DNA of 56,294 nt, from positions 1 to 56,294 of the forward strand of contig JAFSPN010000025.1 in assembly GCA_017442875.1 (NCBI GenBank), given 5' to 3'. Under the pieces are notes generated by a model. It worked only from the letters and a program-made list of their open reading frames with translations. It searched no databases and was not told the origin of the DNA. The stretch comes from Bacilli bacterium. Lineage in GTDB: Bacteria; Bacillota_I; Bacilli_A; RFN20; CAG-826. How positions within the stretch are numbered: position 1 is the stretch's first letter; each line of letters starts with the position of its first letter. The position numbers were made by a program, and so were the translations under genes. Shown in pieces: positions 54,514 through 56,294 of the stretch.

Positions 54514-55614
54514 TTGAGATTCTCTGACGATGCCTGGCAAATAGCAAAAATTGGTGATGTCCTAACAATTGAAAGAGGGGGTTCTCCTCGCCCTATACAA
54601 AATTTCGTTACTAGAAGACTGGACGGAATAAATTGGATAAAGATTGGAGACACATCGGATGATGGTTATATTTATTCTGCTAAAGAAAAAATAATTCCAG
54701 AAGGAGCAAAGCGTTCTAGAAAAGTAAAAGCTGGAGATTTATTGTTGTCGAATTCAATGTCATTTGGGAAACCGTACATTTTAAAGATTGACGGATGCAT
54801 ACACGACGGTTGGCTCGTCATTAGAGACATAGATAGCAAATTTAATAAAGAATTTCTCAGAAATTATCTAGGATCATCTTTTTGTATCTCTCAATATAAA
54901 AAACTAGCTGCCGGTGGAGTTGTTACTAATCTCAATAAAGATTTGGTTTGCAGTGCAATTATCAAATATCCTCCAATAGCGTCCCAAGAAAAAATAGCAT
55001 CTTTTTTATGCATATTAGATGAGAAAATTAGAACTCAGAACAAAATCATTAAGGAATTAGAAACTTATAAAAGTGCAATCGAGAACATGATTTTTAAATC
55101 AATAAATTTCCCACTTTTTGCCATTGGCGATTTATGCAAAATTACTACAGGAAAACTGGATGCCAATGCAACAGTTTCTGGAGGAATGTATAGATTTTAT
55201 ACATGTGCTGCTAATTACACTTATATTGACAAGTACGCTTTTGATTGTGATGCAGTTTTAATTTCTGGAAACGGAGCAAACGTTGGATATGTGCACCAGT
55301 ACAATGGTAAATTCAACGCATATCAAAGAACCTACGTTCTCTATGATTTTGCAAATATCACATCAACATATCTTAGGTTCTTTCTAGAAAAATATTTAAA
55401 GCAACGAATTAATTCTGAAAAGAATAATGGAAATACGCCATATATAAGACTTGAGACTATTTCAAAAATGAAAATCGGTGTTCCTGATCAAAACAAGCAG
55501 AATCTAATAGTGAATGCTTTATTAGCTATAACAAGTAAAATTGATAACGAACAAAAACTATTGGAAAACTTTTATAATCAAAAACGTTTTTTGTTAGCCA
55601 ATTTATTTATATAA
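54514..55614 (+). CDS. hsdS: type I restriction-modification specificity subunit HsdS (two TRDs); TTG start with no SD, possibly a silent or variable copy
   Basis: The N-terminus reads WQIAKIGDVLTIERGGSPRP. The central conserved helix is QEKIASFLCILDEKIRTQNKIIKELE and the C-terminal helix is KLLENFYNQKRFLLANLFI. Confidence 0.85.
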   Translation: MRFSDDAWQIAKIGDVLTIERGGSPRPIQNFVTRRLDGINWIKIGDTSDDGYIYSAKEKIIPEGAKRSRKVKAGDLLLSNSMSFGKPYILKIDGCIHDGWLVIRDIDSKFNKEFLRNYLGSSFCISQYKKLAAGGVVTNLNKDLVCSAIIKYPPIASQEKIASFLCILDEKIRTQNKIIKELETYKSAIENMIFKSINFPLFAIGDLCKITTGKLDANATVSGGMYRFYTCAANYTYIDKYAFDCDAVLISGNGANVGYVHQYNGKFNAYQRTYVLYDFANITSTYLRFFLEKYLKQRINSEKNNGNTPYIRLETISKMKIGVPDQNKQNLIVNALLAITSKIDNEQKLLENFYNQKRFLLANLFI

Positions 55615-56294
55615 ACAAGTTATTTAACAAGAATTCCTTTTGTTTTAGAAATTTGGCAAGAATGTCTTCGTCAATTTTTATTTTTTCTAATAATAAATCG
55701 CATAATTTTGCCCTAATAAAATTTCTATCTGTAAATGAGGGGATTTGCGCAGAACTATAATCGCTAAAATAAATATGAGGAATTCCGCTACCGACTATAT
55801 ATTTTTCAAATTTGATCTTTTTTAACGAAAGCCATAGGTAGTCTTGAGAGATGCCATTTTTAGTTTCAATTAAGCCCATTGTTCCTAAAATAGAATATTT
55901 GTCATTTTTTATTTTCAACAACCTTCCAACACCGGCACCATCTTTTACGATTGCTATCCCTGCTTTAGAAAAAACGTAGTCATCAAGATATCCACATATT
56001 CCAGCTGCGCCAAACACAGGATATTTGCCGTTGTTATTAACAACGCTTTCTTTGACATTAGAAGAATTGTAATATGCTATATCTTTTAATTGCCTATTAG
56101 CGCTCATTTCAGCGTTATCACAAATGCATTTAATTAGAGATTTACATTTATCTATGATTTTGTTTTGAGTCTCGATTCTTTGATCTATTAAATCCAAAAA
56201 ATCAGATATCTTTTTCTGCTCTTCTTTAGATGGGAAATTAACATAATTTTTGAGAACCTCATCATTTCCAATTTTCATATCGTGTTTAGCACCG
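55607..56294 (-). CDS. hsdS: type I R-M specificity subunit HsdS; C-terminal TRD and conserved helices, with the gene continuing beyond the right edge
   Basis: The frame stays open upstream of the listed Met to the window end (..GAKHDMKIGNDE..). The central helix is EEQKKISDFLDLIDQRIETQNKII and the C-terminus is FLKQKEFLLNNLFI. It overlaps the other hsdS tail-to-tail by 8 nt. Confidence 0.8.
   Translation of the reverse strand, partial: GAKHDMKIGNDEVLKNYVNFPSKEEQKKISDFLDLIDQRIETQNKIIDKCKSLIKCICDNAEMSANRQLKDIAYYNSSNVKESVVNNNGKYPVFGAAGICGYLDDYVFSKAGIAIVKDGAGVGRLLKIKNDKYSILGTMGLIETKNGISQDYLWLSLKKIKFEKYIVGSGIPHIYFSDYSSAQIPSFTDRNFIRAKLCDLLLEKIKIDEDILAKFLKQKEFLLNNLFI

Overview
This is an AT-rich bacterial chromosome segment. 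It uses the standard genetic code and strong GGAGG-type Shine-Dalgarno sites, has several lipoproteins, and shows no cell-wall genes, so it looks like a low-GC Firmicutes or Mollicutes-like organism. No rRNA, tRNA, CRISPR array or IS transposase was recognised.

Layout:
- 0-7 kb: membrane and lipid housekeeping genes (GPH/MFS transporter, GT-C-like membrane protein, alpha/beta hydrolase, PlsC-family acyltransferase).
- 7.08-8.14 kb: an ORF-free, visibly more G+C-rich, heavily structured region on the minus strand, bounded by a promoter-like site and an intrinsic terminator. It consists of three tandem homologous modules of about 300 nt and is a candidate large ornate ncRNA.
- 8.4-11.9 kb: a heterodimeric ABC exporter.
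- 12.0-17.2 kb: a convergent two-gene module (TIR-STAND-HD and HD-RyR-SLOG) that resembles a rewired Thoeris-type signalling defence system. This is the most interesting protein-coding candidate.
- 17.2-25.8 kb: mntP and an ABC/surface-lipoprotein operon.
- 25.9-46.8 kb: an accessory island. It holds nuclease and defence-like cassettes (ORF6N, ORF6N-PLD, YhcG/DUF1016, DUF2779, HNH, a frameshifted PD-(D/E)XK gene), a GH10 xylanase, an ADP-ribosylglycohydrolase, a WYL-like regulator, and an operon encoding an HExxH peptidase, a TM-less AAA+/M41 protease and an FtsK-gamma-HAD phosphatase. Two separate families of repeated promoter/leader modules organise this island.
- 47-50 kb: small metabolic genes (beta-carbonic anhydrase, flavoprotein, SDR, aquaporin).
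- 50-56.3 kb: a DUF4143 ATPase preceded by 33-bp-phased iterons, a tyrosine recombinase, and two tail-to-tail hsdS genes that look like a phase-variable type I R-M specificity shufflon.

All domain calls come from motif reading by eye. No database search was possible.
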